50,936 bases of DNA from Patescibacteria group bacterium (GCA_041661505.1 JBAZUF010000007.1:1-50936), one strand, 5' to 3'; positions 8,010-18,151 are shown, numbered from the stretch's first letter. Translations and numbers: made by a program. The notes: a model not told the origin generated them from the letters alone.

Positions 8010-9362
8010 TTACATGCCGATAATCCTCCGGACTGTGTCAGTTTCGCAGTCCGGAGCCTTAATAATTTCCTTTTTCAGGTATCGGGCCGCGGAATCCGTG
8101 AACTTAAGTCCTGTTGCCGTTGAAACAACGACCACAGTTTGTCCGGGTTGAATCTTTCCATCCGCTATGGCGTCCCTGACTCCAGCCAAAGCCGTGCCAG
8201 TTTGCGGGCAGACGAATATACCGTCCTGGCCACATACGGCGACCGCTTCATTGAGGTCAAGCTCGGAAACCGTCTTCATGGCGCCTTTGGAATTAACGAC
8301 CTCACGCATTACTTTTTCCCGCGATACCGGGTTGCCGATCCTGGCTGCTGTTGCCGTAGTCTCGCCGACCTGTACAGGCTGATAATTATTCCGCCAATGT
8401 TCCAAAGAGAGATTAGCATGCCCGGCATCCTCAAAAATCGACATGCCGGTTTGCGCCCTGTTCCATGAACTGGAAAGCGGGTTAGCGGCCATTGACTGGC
8501 AGCCGAGTATTCTTGAGCATTCCTCGGTAATCCCCAAGCCATGCATTAGCCGCATTCCTTTACCGATGGATGAACTGTTTGATCCATTTCCGACCGGCAC
8601 TGCAATCCAGTCGGGCATTTTCCAGTTGAAAAATTGGGCAATCTGGAAGGCGGTTGCCTGATGGCCCTCTATGCGAGCCGGGTTCAGGCTGTTGGCCGGA
8701 TAGGCGCCGTGATTCAAAACAAGATCTTGGACGACTCTCATACAGTCGTCAAAACTCCCCGGGAGGGTAATAACTTTAGCGCCATGCACAAAAGGTTGAG
8801 CCAGCTGCACAGCCGTTACTTTCCCTTCAGGCAATATCACGGTGCATTTCATTCCCGCGGGAGCAGCGTAGGCGGCCGCCATGGCCGAGGTATCACCAGT
8901 TGAAGCGCAAACCACTACTTCCACTCCGGCGGCTTTTGCTGTAGATATCATAACCGTCCCGCCAAAATCTTTGAACGACCCGGTCGGAGTCATGCCCTCA
9001 AGGATTATCCAGACTTTAATCTGGTCGGTTCCGAGCCATCGCATGAGTTTTTTTCCAGCCGGGAGAATTGGTACGTTGCCTTCACCCAGGGAAACGATGT
9101 ACTCGGTCGGGAGATACGGCATAATAAGTTCTCGATATCTCCACACCCCGGACATTTCCCAGGGCTCAAAAGTACTGCGAAAAATACCCTTCCGGCCTTC
9201 AAATTCGCTTTTCAATCCTTTGCCCGTGTATGCGTCAATGAAGGGGCTAAAATTGTGTTTAATTTCGAAAAGGTCGTTGCATTTGGGACAGCGAAATTTC
9301 CGCTCGGCAAGAAGATCTTGAATCCTGCCGCATCCTATGCACTCCAGCCAGGTTTGTTTCAT
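8010..9362 (-). CDS. thrC: threonine synthase (PLP-dependent, with an N-terminal zinc ribbon)
   Basis: PLP-lysine motif TGSFKDFGG and an N-terminal CxxC...CxxC (CIGCG...CPKCN). An alternative TTG start at 9383 lies 6 nt after GAGGAG. The ORF-track start at 9437 is probably too long. Confidence 0.85.
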   Translation of the reverse strand: MKQTWLECIGCGRIQDLLAERKFRCPKCNDLFEIKHNFSPFIDAYTGKGLKSEFEGRKGIFRSTFEPWEMSGVWRYRELIMPYLPTEYIVSLGEGNVPILPAGKKLMRWLGTDQIKVWIILEGMTPTGSFKDFGGTVMISTAKAAGVEVVVCASTGDTSAMAAAYAAPAGMKCTVILPEGKVTAVQLAQPFVHGAKVITLPGSFDDCMRVVQDLVLNHGAYPANSLNPARIEGHQATAFQIAQFFNWKMPDWIAVPVGNGSNSSSIGKGMRLMHGLGITEECSRILGCQSMAANPLSSSWNRAQTGMSIFEDAGHANLSLEHWRNNYQPVQVGETTATAARIGNPVSREKVMREVVNSKGAMKTVSELDLNEAVAVCGQDGIFVCPQTGTALAGVRDAIADGKIQPGQTVVVVSTATGLKFTDSAARYLKKEIIKAPDCETDTVRRIIGM

Positions 9363-9540
9363 GCTAAACGCTTTTTTTCTCAAACTCTTCTCCTCTTTTT
9401 TGCGCGTTTTTATCAATAAAACATTCACCAGTGCCAAAAAAACGGCACAAACCTTAGCTTAAAACAGCAGGCTTAATTTAACCACATCTATGATAAAAAA
9501 TCAATCAAAAGCAATATTGTATGTAAAAATTTTTGTTTCA

Positions 9541-9570
9541 AAAAAACCTCGTAATTATGGAGGTTTTTTC
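9541..9570 (-). terminator. intrinsic terminator downstream of the ATPase gene (A/T-flanked, potentially bidirectional)
   Basis: aaaaaACCTC-gtaattat-GGAGGTtttttt. Confidence 0.65.
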
Positions 9571-9594
9571 AATTTTTTAATAAATTTATTTCTT

Positions 9595-12084
9595 CTAAGC
9601 CCCGATCTTCACCCGGCGGATTATTTCCGCCTCGATAATATGCCGGTCTTGGCCGTATTTCAGGCGGGAAAGGGCTTTTATTTTCCCGGCTAAATCCTTT
9701 CTCTCGATGCCCGGAAGCGGCCACAAAGGCTTTAGGGAAAAAGGCCGGGTGGGAGTGTTGTCTACCAGCATTTTTGAATAGCAAGTGTATTTATCGACAT
9801 TTATAAGGTCATACTGGTTAAAGACTGGTTCGAATTCTTTAACCAATTTTTCCGCGTCTTCGGAGCCGACTTTAAAGACAAACCAGGAGCCGGCATTGCC
9901 GAATACCGCGTCTTTAATTACGGTTTCATTTTTATGCACCAGCTGTCCCAGGTATTGATGGGCCATGATAAGATTTAGGCGGTATTTTCTCGCTTCTGAT
10001 AAAATAGTCGCGACCGAATCGGTAGTAAAGTTATGAAACTCATCAATATACAAATAAAAATCTTTTCTTTCTTCGTTAGGCAAGTCGCCGCGCGACAAGG
10101 CGGACATTAGAATTTTTCCGACTAAAATCATGCCCAAGAGGAATGAATTCATTTCCCCGATCTGGCCCTTAGACAAATCAACCAATAAAATCTTCCGCCG
10201 GTCCATAACGTCGCGCAGGTTGAATGAGCTTTTTTGCTGGCCGATAATCGGCCGCATCATGTCGTTCGAAATAAAGGACGTAAGCTTAGAAGTGACATAA
10301 GGGACGATATTCGCTAAAGCCGCGTCCCCGCCCGCCTTCTCCGCTTCTTTTTTCCAAAAATCAACAACCGTCGGATCCGAACAGCGCTCCAGTTTCTTTT
10401 TCCGGAAAACCGAATCGGCTAAAACCTTCGGAATTTCCATTAAAGTCGATCCTGATTCCGGGTCGCCCATGACCAAGAGCATCGCGTTCCTCATGTACTG
10501 CTCGAAAATCGGCCCGCCGGTAGCTTTTAAATCATAAAGCTTGTCAAAAATCCGGATCATCTCGTTAATGACAAAAGTTTTTTGCTCCGGGTAGCGCGGG
10601 TCGTATTCCATGAGGTTCAATGCCAAAGGCCTTTTTATGTCCGAAGGGGCGAATAAAATAACGTCTTCAACGCGCTCGGGAGGTATGCGAGCCAGGATAT
10701 CCTGAACCAAATCGCCGTGCGGATCGATTACGCCGACCCCTTCGCCGTTAATAATGTCCTGGATCGCGAGTCCGGCTAGAAACTGCGATTTACCAACGCC
10801 GGATTTTCCGATAACGTACATATGCCGCCGGCGGTCATCGCGCTTTAGATGGATTTGCCTGGTCTGGCTCCTGAAAACATTATTGCCGACAACTATTCCC
10901 TCTTCGGGCAGATTAGCCGGCGCCGGCGCGTGCTTGGCCAGAAGCCACATGATATTCGGCGTATCATTCCAGCGCAAAGGCAGATGAAAAAGCGAAGTCA
11001 ATTCTTCGGAATTCAGTAAAATTCTGACCCGGTCGGAAAAGCGCCGGAAAATAAAATCGCGGATCAGCTGGTTTTGGAGCCAGGCGTTAGCCTGCCACCA
11101 TTTCAAAACCTTATTATCAAAGTAATTCCCGTATTCGTAAAAATTGTACTGGGAAAAAGCCGCGCCAATATCAGTCAAATGGATTTTGGCGTGCGAAAGG
11201 CTGTCCGAACTGATAATAACCCGGATATTCGCGTCCAGCCCGGATTTGGAATTTTTTTCCTCAATTACTTTCAAGATTTCCTCTTCCATGGCCGAATTGC
11301 GCTTGGGCCGGTTTTCTTCATTTATTTTCGGTTTGGAAGCGTGCGCCAAATCGCCGGCAAAAGACAAAATACTCCCGAACAAACTAAAATGCAGGGCTTC
11401 GTAAATCGTTTTTCCGGACATCACTTTCCTTATTACTTTCCGCGCCCGTTTATGCCAGCGCGAATGGGCGCTCCGGACGATAAATTGAATTGCGATTCCT
11501 TCCTCTGCCTCAAGCTTGGACAAGGTATTGGTAATCGTATTCAATGGATCAACTTCCATCTTCTTGTAGGTCTTCAAGGGGAAAATATATTCTTTTTTTA
11601 CCCGCAAGTATCCGGCGATAATTTTGGAGTTGGGTGAAAAAATATTATAATCCTCGACCGGCTCCATTATCGCCTCGGGAAAATGCGCCTGGATTTGCTG
11701 TTCTAAAAAAGGCCCCAGCTGTCTCGGCGCGGCCATATAAAAAGATATAATTTTTTTATGGGCTACGATCTCAAAGGAAAAATGGTCGTTTCTTCCAAAA
11801 AGCCACGCCATTAGCCACCTCTGGGCCCGAAGCCCTCCGATAGCCGCGAACAAAGTCTCGCATTTGGCTATTTCTTCGTGCAGTTTTTGCACCCGCTGGT
11901 AATTCATTTCCTTCTGATCCTCGCCCGGCTTTTCTTTAGGCAGGCGCACCCGGTAAATCACATGGTCAAAATAACTGGAATTCTTTACTAGGAACTTAAC
12001 AACCGTCCGGAAAGCCCATACAAAAACTATCGCCAGCCCCAGCCAGGCGATGGTAATTGCCATAAAAAATAGTTGGGAGTTCAT
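9595..12084 (-). CDS. membrane-anchored P-loop ATPase of the FtsK/HerA/TraD-VirD4 (type IV coupling protein-like) superfamily
   Basis: N-terminal TM helix, Walker A GKSGVGKSQF, Walker B FYLYIDEFHNF and a C-terminal ...RKYRLNLIMAHQYLGQL typical of TraD/TraG-type NTPases. Confidence 0.75.
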   Translation of the reverse strand: MNSQLFFMAITIAWLGLAIVFVWAFRTVVKFLVKNSSYFDHVIYRVRLPKEKPGEDQKEMNYQRVQKLHEEIAKCETLFAAIGGLRAQRWLMAWLFGRNDHFSFEIVAHKKIISFYMAAPRQLGPFLEQQIQAHFPEAIMEPVEDYNIFSPNSKIIAGYLRVKKEYIFPLKTYKKMEVDPLNTITNTLSKLEAEEGIAIQFIVRSAHSRWHKRARKVIRKVMSGKTIYEALHFSLFGSILSFAGDLAHASKPKINEENRPKRNSAMEEEILKVIEEKNSKSGLDANIRVIISSDSLSHAKIHLTDIGAAFSQYNFYEYGNYFDNKVLKWWQANAWLQNQLIRDFIFRRFSDRVRILLNSEELTSLFHLPLRWNDTPNIMWLLAKHAPAPANLPEEGIVVGNNVFRSQTRQIHLKRDDRRRHMYVIGKSGVGKSQFLAGLAIQDIINGEGVGVIDPHGDLVQDILARIPPERVEDVILFAPSDIKRPLALNLMEYDPRYPEQKTFVINEMIRIFDKLYDLKATGGPIFEQYMRNAMLLVMGDPESGSTLMEIPKVLADSVFRKKKLERCSDPTVVDFWKKEAEKAGGDAALANIVPYVTSKLTSFISNDMMRPIIGQQKSSFNLRDVMDRRKILLVDLSKGQIGEMNSFLLGMILVGKILMSALSRGDLPNEERKDFYLYIDEFHNFTTDSVATILSEARKYRLNLIMAHQYLGQLVHKNETVIKDAVFGNAGSWFVFKVGSEDAEKLVKEFEPVFNQYDLINVDKYTCYSKMLVDNTPTRPFSLKPLWPLPGIERKDLAGKIKALSRLKYGQDRHIIEAEIIRRVKIGA

Positions 12085-12092
12085 ATGCGGTA

Positions 12093-13214
12093 TTATACCA
12101 CTTTTCTCCGGGCTTCATCAATTGCCTCTTCCATCTTCTTTTTCAAATCTTCCGCGCTGCCCGGAATAAATAATTTTCCGCCGTACTTCTTTATGAGCTC
12201 CGGGATTCCGCCGATATTTGAGGCGATGATTGGCAGTTTTTGCGCTATCGCTTCGTAAATTACCGACGGCGAATTTTCATAACATAGCGAAGGGACGACG
12301 AGGCAGTCTGATTGGGCCATAAGGCGCAAAACTTCTTTAGGGCTTTTCTTGCCTAGAACAAATATCCGTCCGCCATTTCCGGATTCCTGTTTAATTTTTT
12401 CCATGAGCCCTCCGTCTCCGGCGATTGTAAGGCACGCGCCAGCCAGGCCGAAAAAAGCTTTAATTAAAACCTCAATCCCTTTTTGCTTTTCAATCTGTCC
12501 GGCAAATAAAAATTTAAATTCTTTGCCCGTACCGTCTTTTGTTTCCGGCGGCCCGCTATTTAACGCGTTAATCAAAACCGAATTGTCCCGCGCTTCCTTT
12601 TTTGAATCTTTAAAAAAACCGCGCCAAGTATGCAGATCCAAAAGCCACTTTGATGGAGATAATACTGTTTCGGGCGAATTAAAAAGCCGGATCAAGAGGC
12701 GCTGATAAATTCTTGCCGATAGGCTGTCGAGTTTTTTTTCCTCGCCGTAATAAAGAATGCCTGAAGGAAAAACGAGCTGGATGTCATGCAAGTAATGAGT
12801 ATGTTTAATGCCTAAATTTTTTAAAAGCCGCGGGACGAGATAGCTTATGCCTTTTAAGTTATGGGTAATAACCAAATCGGGTTTTTCTTTTTTTAAAATT
12901 TTTCTGACCCGAAAGCATGAGACGGCATCAAACATATCAATTAGATGCCACGGCACTCGTAATATTAATGGCAGGCGGGCCAGATTAAAATATAACCCGG
13001 GAATAAAAAAAACTCGCGGCGCATTTTTACTTTGCCCGCTCTCGCTATTATTTCTCGCGCCGTACGCAGTCTGCTTTTTAAACCAGGGCCTGGTACTCAC
13101 TATAAAAACTTCGTGTCCCTGGCTCGCGTAATCACTCGCCATAAGATCAACAATCCTTTCGGCGCCGCCGCGGTTATAAGGCTTATATAGGTTACTTATC
13201 AGGCAGATTTTCAT
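12093..13214 (-). CDS. glycosyltransferase family 4 (GT-B fold)
   Basis: C-terminal E-x7-E-type region (CYENSPSVIYEAIAQKLPIIASNIGGIPELI). The N-terminal KICLISN..GGAER is typical of GT4. Confidence 0.8.
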   Translation of the reverse strand: MKICLISNLYKPYNRGGAERIVDLMASDYASQGHEVFIVSTRPWFKKQTAYGARNNSESGQSKNAPRVFFIPGLYFNLARLPLILRVPWHLIDMFDAVSCFRVRKILKKEKPDLVITHNLKGISYLVPRLLKNLGIKHTHYLHDIQLVFPSGILYYGEEKKLDSLSARIYQRLLIRLFNSPETVLSPSKWLLDLHTWRGFFKDSKKEARDNSVLINALNSGPPETKDGTGKEFKFLFAGQIEKQKGIEVLIKAFFGLAGACLTIAGDGGLMEKIKQESGNGGRIFVLGKKSPKEVLRLMAQSDCLVVPSLCYENSPSVIYEAIAQKLPIIASNIGGIPELIKKYGGKLFIPGSAEDLKKKMEEAIDEARRKVV

Positions 13215-13242
13215 AACTCCTTCTGGCTAAAAATCGCGAAAA

Positions 13243-14400
13243 CTATTTACCGGCAATTAAATCATTCAATCGGCCGCCGATTTTTTCCCAGTCATATTTT
13301 TCTTCGGCCAATTTTCTTCCCGCCTCGCCCATCTTTTTAGCTAAATCATCATTAGTTAAAATTAATTTTATTTTTTCGGCCAAATCATCCGAATCTCCCG
13401 GCCGGGAGAGATACCCTTCCGCGCCATCATTAAAAACGGTTCGGACACCCGGTAGATTTGAAGCGATTACCGGGACGCCCGAAGCCATAGCTTCAACTAA
13501 TACTAATCCAAAAGCTTCGCCTTTGGCAATTGAGGGTAAAATAAATAAATTTGCCCGGCGAAAAATTTCCGGCAAGCTTGATGAATCAACTGAACGCATG
13601 AACTCCACCTTATTTTCAATGCCCAGTTCTTTAGCCATTTTTTCATAACTTTCTCTTAAATCGCCATCGCCGACAACTTGCAGGCTATAATTACTGTCTT
13701 TTAAAAGGGATATTGATTTTAAAAGCACGCCCAAGCCTTTAAAATAATGAGCTTTATCCAAGCCGCCGACGAATAGTATGTTTTTTACGCTTGAATTATC
13801 GCGTACCGCCGCCCCAGCCTGAAACTTTCTCAAATCAACGCCAAACGGCAATTCGATAAATTTACCCGGATATTTTTTGTAATATTTTTTTATGCCTGAC
13901 TCGGAAATATAATCCAAACTGGAGGAAAGGACAAGATCAGCCCGCTTAATTAAAGAGGGTAGAATCAACCGCGAAGGCCAGCTCATAATCCAGGCAAGCA
14001 AAGAAAGACCGGCAACGTCCATATGATATTGAATAATCAACCGTCCGCGGAACAAGCCCAAAATCCGCGCGAGCCAAACAACTTCCGCGGTTCCAAAGAA
14101 TGGATAATGAAGTATCGCGGCGTCAAAATTCTTCAGACGAAAAAAAATCTGCGGCAAAAACCCCGCGTTTCCGTATCTTAAAACCGGCTTTAATCTTATG
14201 GTTTCGCCGCTCTTTTCTGACTCATCGCCAGCAGTGCCTCCTGCTTCCATATTACTACCTCGGCCAGTTCCTACATAATCCGGGGTAAAAGTCTTTACCT
14301 CATTTCCCCTCGCACCCAAAAGCCGGGCATAGTTTTTTGCCACCATCCCCATCCCGCCTCGATAAGGCGGATATGTGCTGATTATTTGCGCGATTTTCAT
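13243..14400 (-). CDS. glycosyltransferase family 4 (GT-B fold)
   Basis: MKIAQIISTYPPYRGGMG N-terminus and GEAFGLVLVEAMASGVPVIASNLPG. The start is set at the internal ATG at 14400. Confidence 0.8.
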   Translation of the reverse strand: MKIAQIISTYPPYRGGMGMVAKNYARLLGARGNEVKTFTPDYVGTGRGSNMEAGGTAGDESEKSGETIRLKPVLRYGNAGFLPQIFFRLKNFDAAILHYPFFGTAEVVWLARILGLFRGRLIIQYHMDVAGLSLLAWIMSWPSRLILPSLIKRADLVLSSSLDYISESGIKKYYKKYPGKFIELPFGVDLRKFQAGAAVRDNSSVKNILFVGGLDKAHYFKGLGVLLKSISLLKDSNYSLQVVGDGDLRESYEKMAKELGIENKVEFMRSVDSSSLPEIFRRANLFILPSIAKGEAFGLVLVEAMASGVPVIASNLPGVRTVFNDGAEGYLSRPGDSDDLAEKIKLILTNDDLAKKMGEAGRKLAEEKYDWEKIGGRLNDLIAGK

Positions 14401-14496
14401 AGCTATAATAAAATTTTGCTTTTTCCGTTTTTGATTTTGGGCAGAGGGGTAGGGGCGAATGCCCAGAATCAAAAACTCCTTAGGGTGTTTTGAGAA

Positions 14497-15336
14497 TTAT
14501 TTCAGCCGATTTTTATTTTCAGGTGTTTGCAAATAGTTATCTTTGGTGGAAACCTTTTTACCACTTTTCTGCTCTAAATCCTTTCTCGCTTTGCCGGCTA
14601 CGCTTCCGCCTTCTATTGCTGTTAATTTGTTACTATAAAATCCTTGAGCATTTTTATTTTTGGCAATCTCTGTAGTGGAAGCTTCGCCAAGCATAGTGAA
14701 AATCAACTCCAAATCATTCATATGATCACGCAAATTTTCTCTCTTTAAGCCTTTAAATTTTTGGTATTGGCCGGGCGTCATACCGAAAGTGGCTTTGGAA
14801 ATTTCGGCAGTTAAAATTGCGTATTCCGGATTTTCCTTTAAACCTCGCTTTTTCCACTCGTTTGTCAAAGTTTCACGTATTTCAATGCCGCGCATGCGTT
14901 TTTCAATCCAGGCTTCAGAATAACCTTTTGCTTTATAAAACGATCTTGTTCTTCTTGTCGCTATTTCAGGATCTTCAATTTCCTGAATTCGCTCATAACC
15001 AACCCTGGCCAACCAACGTTTAAATGGTTCGGCATTAGGCGATGGAACGGCTTGAATAATACGAAATATTGTTTCCGTGCTGGCACAGTCTGTTTCTCTC
15101 ATTTTTCCGTCTGGAGCGGATAATTTCAACTGTCCGATTTTTTCGGACACTTCAAAAAATCCTTCTTTTATCAGTTTTTTCTTCAAATCGCTCCAATATT
15201 TTCTTGGTCTGTCAGTTCCGGTTAATGCCTCGATAATATCAATTATCGAAAACCACCATTCACCCTTGTAAATGGTTTTGCGAATTTCCTTCTTCTGGAA
15301 GATCGCAATTTTAGTTATTTTATTTTTATCGTTCAT
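14497..15336 (-). CDS. BRO-N-domain protein resembling DNA-damage-inducible protein D (DinD)
   Basis: The N-terminal F..KEIR....GEWWFS..DI..AL pattern is BRO-N-like. The C-terminal ...MLGEASTTEIAKNKNAQGF...AGKARKDLEQKSG parallels the DinD tail. Confidence 0.6.
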   Translation of the reverse strand: MNDKNKITKIAIFQKKEIRKTIYKGEWWFSIIDIIEALTGTDRPRKYWSDLKKKLIKEGFFEVSEKIGQLKLSAPDGKMRETDCASTETIFRIIQAVPSPNAEPFKRWLARVGYERIQEIEDPEIATRRTRSFYKAKGYSEAWIEKRMRGIEIRETLTNEWKKRGLKENPEYAILTAEISKATFGMTPGQYQKFKGLKRENLRDHMNDLELIFTMLGEASTTEIAKNKNAQGFYSNKLTAIEGGSVAGKARKDLEQKSGKKVSTKDNYLQTPENKNRLK

Positions 15337-15391
15337 ATAGTAGTTTTTAAGACCCTATATTTGATGTCTTTATTATACGGTTAAATCTAAT

Positions 15392-17218
15392 TTATATGAC
15401 AATCAAAGCCGCTAACAATGCGATTAGCCCTAGAGTCTTTAAAATTACATGCGGGTGCTGTTTTTTTATATTGACCAGAATGTTGACGAGTAAAACTATT
15501 GAAGCGATAATAATAAGGAGTATATAATAAATAGAACTGATATTCAAAATTTGCCTTATCCCCGCCGGCTGATAGGTTTTTAGAAACGAATATTGGTCAA
15601 ACAGCGAACTTTTTACCGGGGTGATATTTTTCCAGTTGACATCAGCGGTGGCCGCGTTGCCGGCATAATCGGCTGCCGTTAAGCTGGCCAAAACGACCGG
15701 ACTGAAAATTTCTTCCGCCCCTTCTTTAAATATTATCAGGCTTCCTGACCACTTATTCGGGTCAGAATCGTCTTTTTTCAAATCGATCTGGTAGCTCCCA
15801 AAGTTAACTTTTGCCTCCGCCGTATCCGGGCTTAAATATGCGCCGGCAAGAATAATCCTTTCATTTTTTCCTTCCGGCGCGTCGACAATCAGCTGGGTTC
15901 GCCCCTGGTCAATGGCCGGCGCGGAAGTATCGATCATTAAGCTTTTCACGTCCGAAGCGGAAGTTTCCTCTCCCCGCGAGGCTATGGCCTGCAGACTGTG
16001 CTGTCCTTCGTCCAAATTTAGCGTAATTTTAAAATAATCATCTGCCGCGGGTTTAGCCGCCGAGTAAATTTCTTTTCCGTCATCTATCAGCCGGACTCTT
16101 TCGGATTTGGGAGAAAAAATCTCGAAGGCAACCTCCTTTTTATTTTGAAAATTTTGCGCGGGCGCCAATATAACGGGTTCGGCCAAGGGCTCTAATTTAA
16201 CTATTTCCCCGGCGGGTGCGGTTTTTTCGGGTTTGGCTTTTATGCTTTCTGCCGCCACCTGGGCTTTTGGCTTTACTTCCGGCAGAGCGGCTGGCGGCAA
16301 AGGAGCGGCTTCAGCGCTTTCTTTTATTTCTTCTTTTTTGGCGCCGAAATATTGGGCGACTAAAGTCGTTTCAGTCTTTTCATACAAGCCGCTCACCGCG
16401 CCCACTCCAATTTCGGTAAAATCCGGGTCAATAATATTGGCATAATGCGTCTTTGAAGCCACCCAGGCGTTAACCACTTCTTCGGGGGTGGAAAACCCCA
16501 TAGCTAAATTTTCACCGGCTACGGAGAAATCATATCCGGCTTTTTTCAGCCAATCGGAAAGTTTTTTGTTGTCCGGCCCGACATGGGAAAAATACTGGCC
16601 TAAAAGCATATCCTGGGCTTTGCTGTAAGCCGCCTGATTAAGCTTCGCGTCCTCGGCAAGGCGCGGACGCTGGAGTCCATCCCTTATTTTATTAGTCAAT
16701 TCGATAATTTTTCTGCTTTGTTCGGCCATTACGTCCGGAGTTAGCCAGGCAGTCATAGGCATAACTAAAAATATCCCGACCACTAAAAACTTAATCGCGA
16801 TTGACCCGGCCGTATAAAAATAAAGCCGCTTCGGACGCAGAGCGTGCGGAAGATAATTATTACCCTCGTGGGGTATAAAAAAGTCTTTTAACCGGCCTGA
16901 ACCCGTCGGATTCAATCCCATCCTCACTTCGTCGCCGTCCGTTATTCCGTCGCCGTCCGTGTCGGGGTTATTGGGATCAGTCCCATACACATACAGTTCT
17001 TCATAATCGCCCAACCCGTCATTATCCGAATCCTTATTTAGAGGGTCAGTCCCCAGCAGAATCTCCAAAGCATCCGGCAATCCGTCGGCGTCCGAATCTT
17101 TTAAGGCAGATTCTTCTTCCGTACCGACGCCCTCATCTTTTTTCGGGGCCTTGATTTTTTCCGGCTGGCGCAGATTCCTTACCTGGATAAAGTTGATTTT
17201 TTTTCCTTTTTTTCGCAT
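15392..17218 (-). CDS. membrane protein with N-terminal thrombospondin-type-3-like Ca-binding repeats, a CAP/SCP (YkwD-like) domain, Ig-like region(s) and a C-terminal TM anchor
   Basis: DxDxDGxxD repeats ([27 protein letters not shown]). CAP-like core ...[37 protein letters not shown]. Hydrophobic segments at about aa 133-157 and at the C-terminus. Confidence 0.65.
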   Translation of the reverse strand: MRKKGKKINFIQVRNLRQPEKIKAPKKDEGVGTEEESALKDSDADGLPDALEILLGTDPLNKDSDNDGLGDYEELYVYGTDPNNPDTDGDGITDGDEVRMGLNPTGSGRLKDFFIPHEGNNYLPHALRPKRLYFYTAGSIAIKFLVVGIFLVMPMTAWLTPDVMAEQSRKIIELTNKIRDGLQRPRLAEDAKLNQAAYSKAQDMLLGQYFSHVGPDNKKLSDWLKKAGYDFSVAGENLAMGFSTPEEVVNAWVASKTHYANIIDPDFTEIGVGAVSGLYEKTETTLVAQYFGAKKEEIKESAEAAPLPPAALPEVKPKAQVAAESIKAKPEKTAPAGEIVKLEPLAEPVILAPAQNFQNKKEVAFEIFSPKSERVRLIDDGKEIYSAAKPAADDYFKITLNLDEGQHSLQAIASRGEETSASDVKSLMIDTSAPAIDQGRTQLIVDAPEGKNERIILAGAYLSPDTAEAKVNFGSYQIDLKKDDSDPNKWSGSLIIFKEGAEEIFSPVVLASLTAADYAGNAATADVNWKNITPVKSSLFDQYSFLKTYQPAGIRQILNISSIYYILLIIIASIVLLVNILVNIKKQHPHVILKTLGLIALLAALIVI

Positions 17219-17269
17219 TTAAATGGCCTAAATCGGATTAAAGCTATCTTTATTATAGCAAATTTTCCC

Positions 17270-17306
17270 GGCCAAAACAAAATAGCCGCCCGGTTTGGGC
17301 CGCTAT
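17270..17306 (-). terminator. intrinsic terminator downstream of the alpha/beta hydrolase gene
   Basis: On the minus strand: ATAGCGGCCC-aaacc-GGGCGGCTAT followed by tttgttttgg. Confidence 0.6.
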
Positions 17307-17348
17307 TATAAGAAATAATTACCTAATCCGCGAAAGATCCGCAATCTT

Positions 17349-18113
17349 TTATATTTTACTCAAAAATTCGTAAACCTTTTCCATAGTAAGGATTTTCTCC
17401 TTCTCGTCAAACAGGTCAAGGTCATGGTTGTCCAGAGGCAAATATTCAACCCTTTTTATTTGGGATTTTACGTTATCAAAGATATAATTAGCGCTTTTCT
17501 TTTTTATTAAATCGCTTTTTTCCGCCTGTAGGATAAAAATCGGCGATACGATTTTCATCACTTCGTTTTTGGTGCGCGAATTGATATATTCGAAAATCTT
17601 TCCGGCCGTCTTCACCGGAACATACTCATAGCTATGTCCGTCAGACTGATAACCGCTCCGGTAAAAAGCTCCGCTCTTACTAACTTTTTCTATGCCAAGA
17701 AGTTCTAAAATCGGCTGGGCGACTCTTAAAGACACCCAGAGCTTAAAATTAAAAAAGACCGGAGTTTCTAAAGTTACCACGCCTTTAACCTTGTCCGGAT
17801 GCTTGGCGGCCAGGCTAAGGCAGATATTTCCGCCAAAAGACGCTCCCACCAGATAAACATTATTGTGATTCCGCAAAATCTTATTCAATTCGTCCTCGGC
17901 CTGCATAAACCAATGTTCAGGATAATAACTGTTTATATCCTTAAAATCGTCTTCATGCCCTTTTAGCACCGGAGAGTAGATGGCGTATCCTTTGTTTTCT
18001 AAATATTTAAACAAAAAATCAGCCCCTTCCAGCTTGCCGCCCAGGCCGTGAAAAAAAAGAATAGCCCCCTTTTCACTGGCTTGTACTTTACTTTTTCCTT
18101 CAATATTAGCCAT
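17349..18113 (-). CDS. alpha/beta-fold hydrolase (esterase/lipase-like)
   Basis: Oxyanion FHGLGG and nucleophile elbow GASFGG (GxSxG). Confidence 0.75.
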   Translation of the reverse strand: MANIEGKSKVQASEKGAILFFHGLGGKLEGADFLFKYLENKGYAIYSPVLKGHEDDFKDINSYYPEHWFMQAEDELNKILRNHNNVYLVGASFGGNICLSLAAKHPDKVKGVVTLETPVFFNFKLWVSLRVAQPILELLGIEKVSKSGAFYRSGYQSDGHSYEYVPVKTAGKIFEYINSRTKNEVMKIVSPIFILQAEKSDLIKKKSANYIFDNVKSQIKRVEYLPLDNHDLDLFDEKEKILTMEKVYEFLSKI

Positions 18114-18151
18114 ATTTATAGTTAATCTAGCTCATATTTGTTAACTAATGA

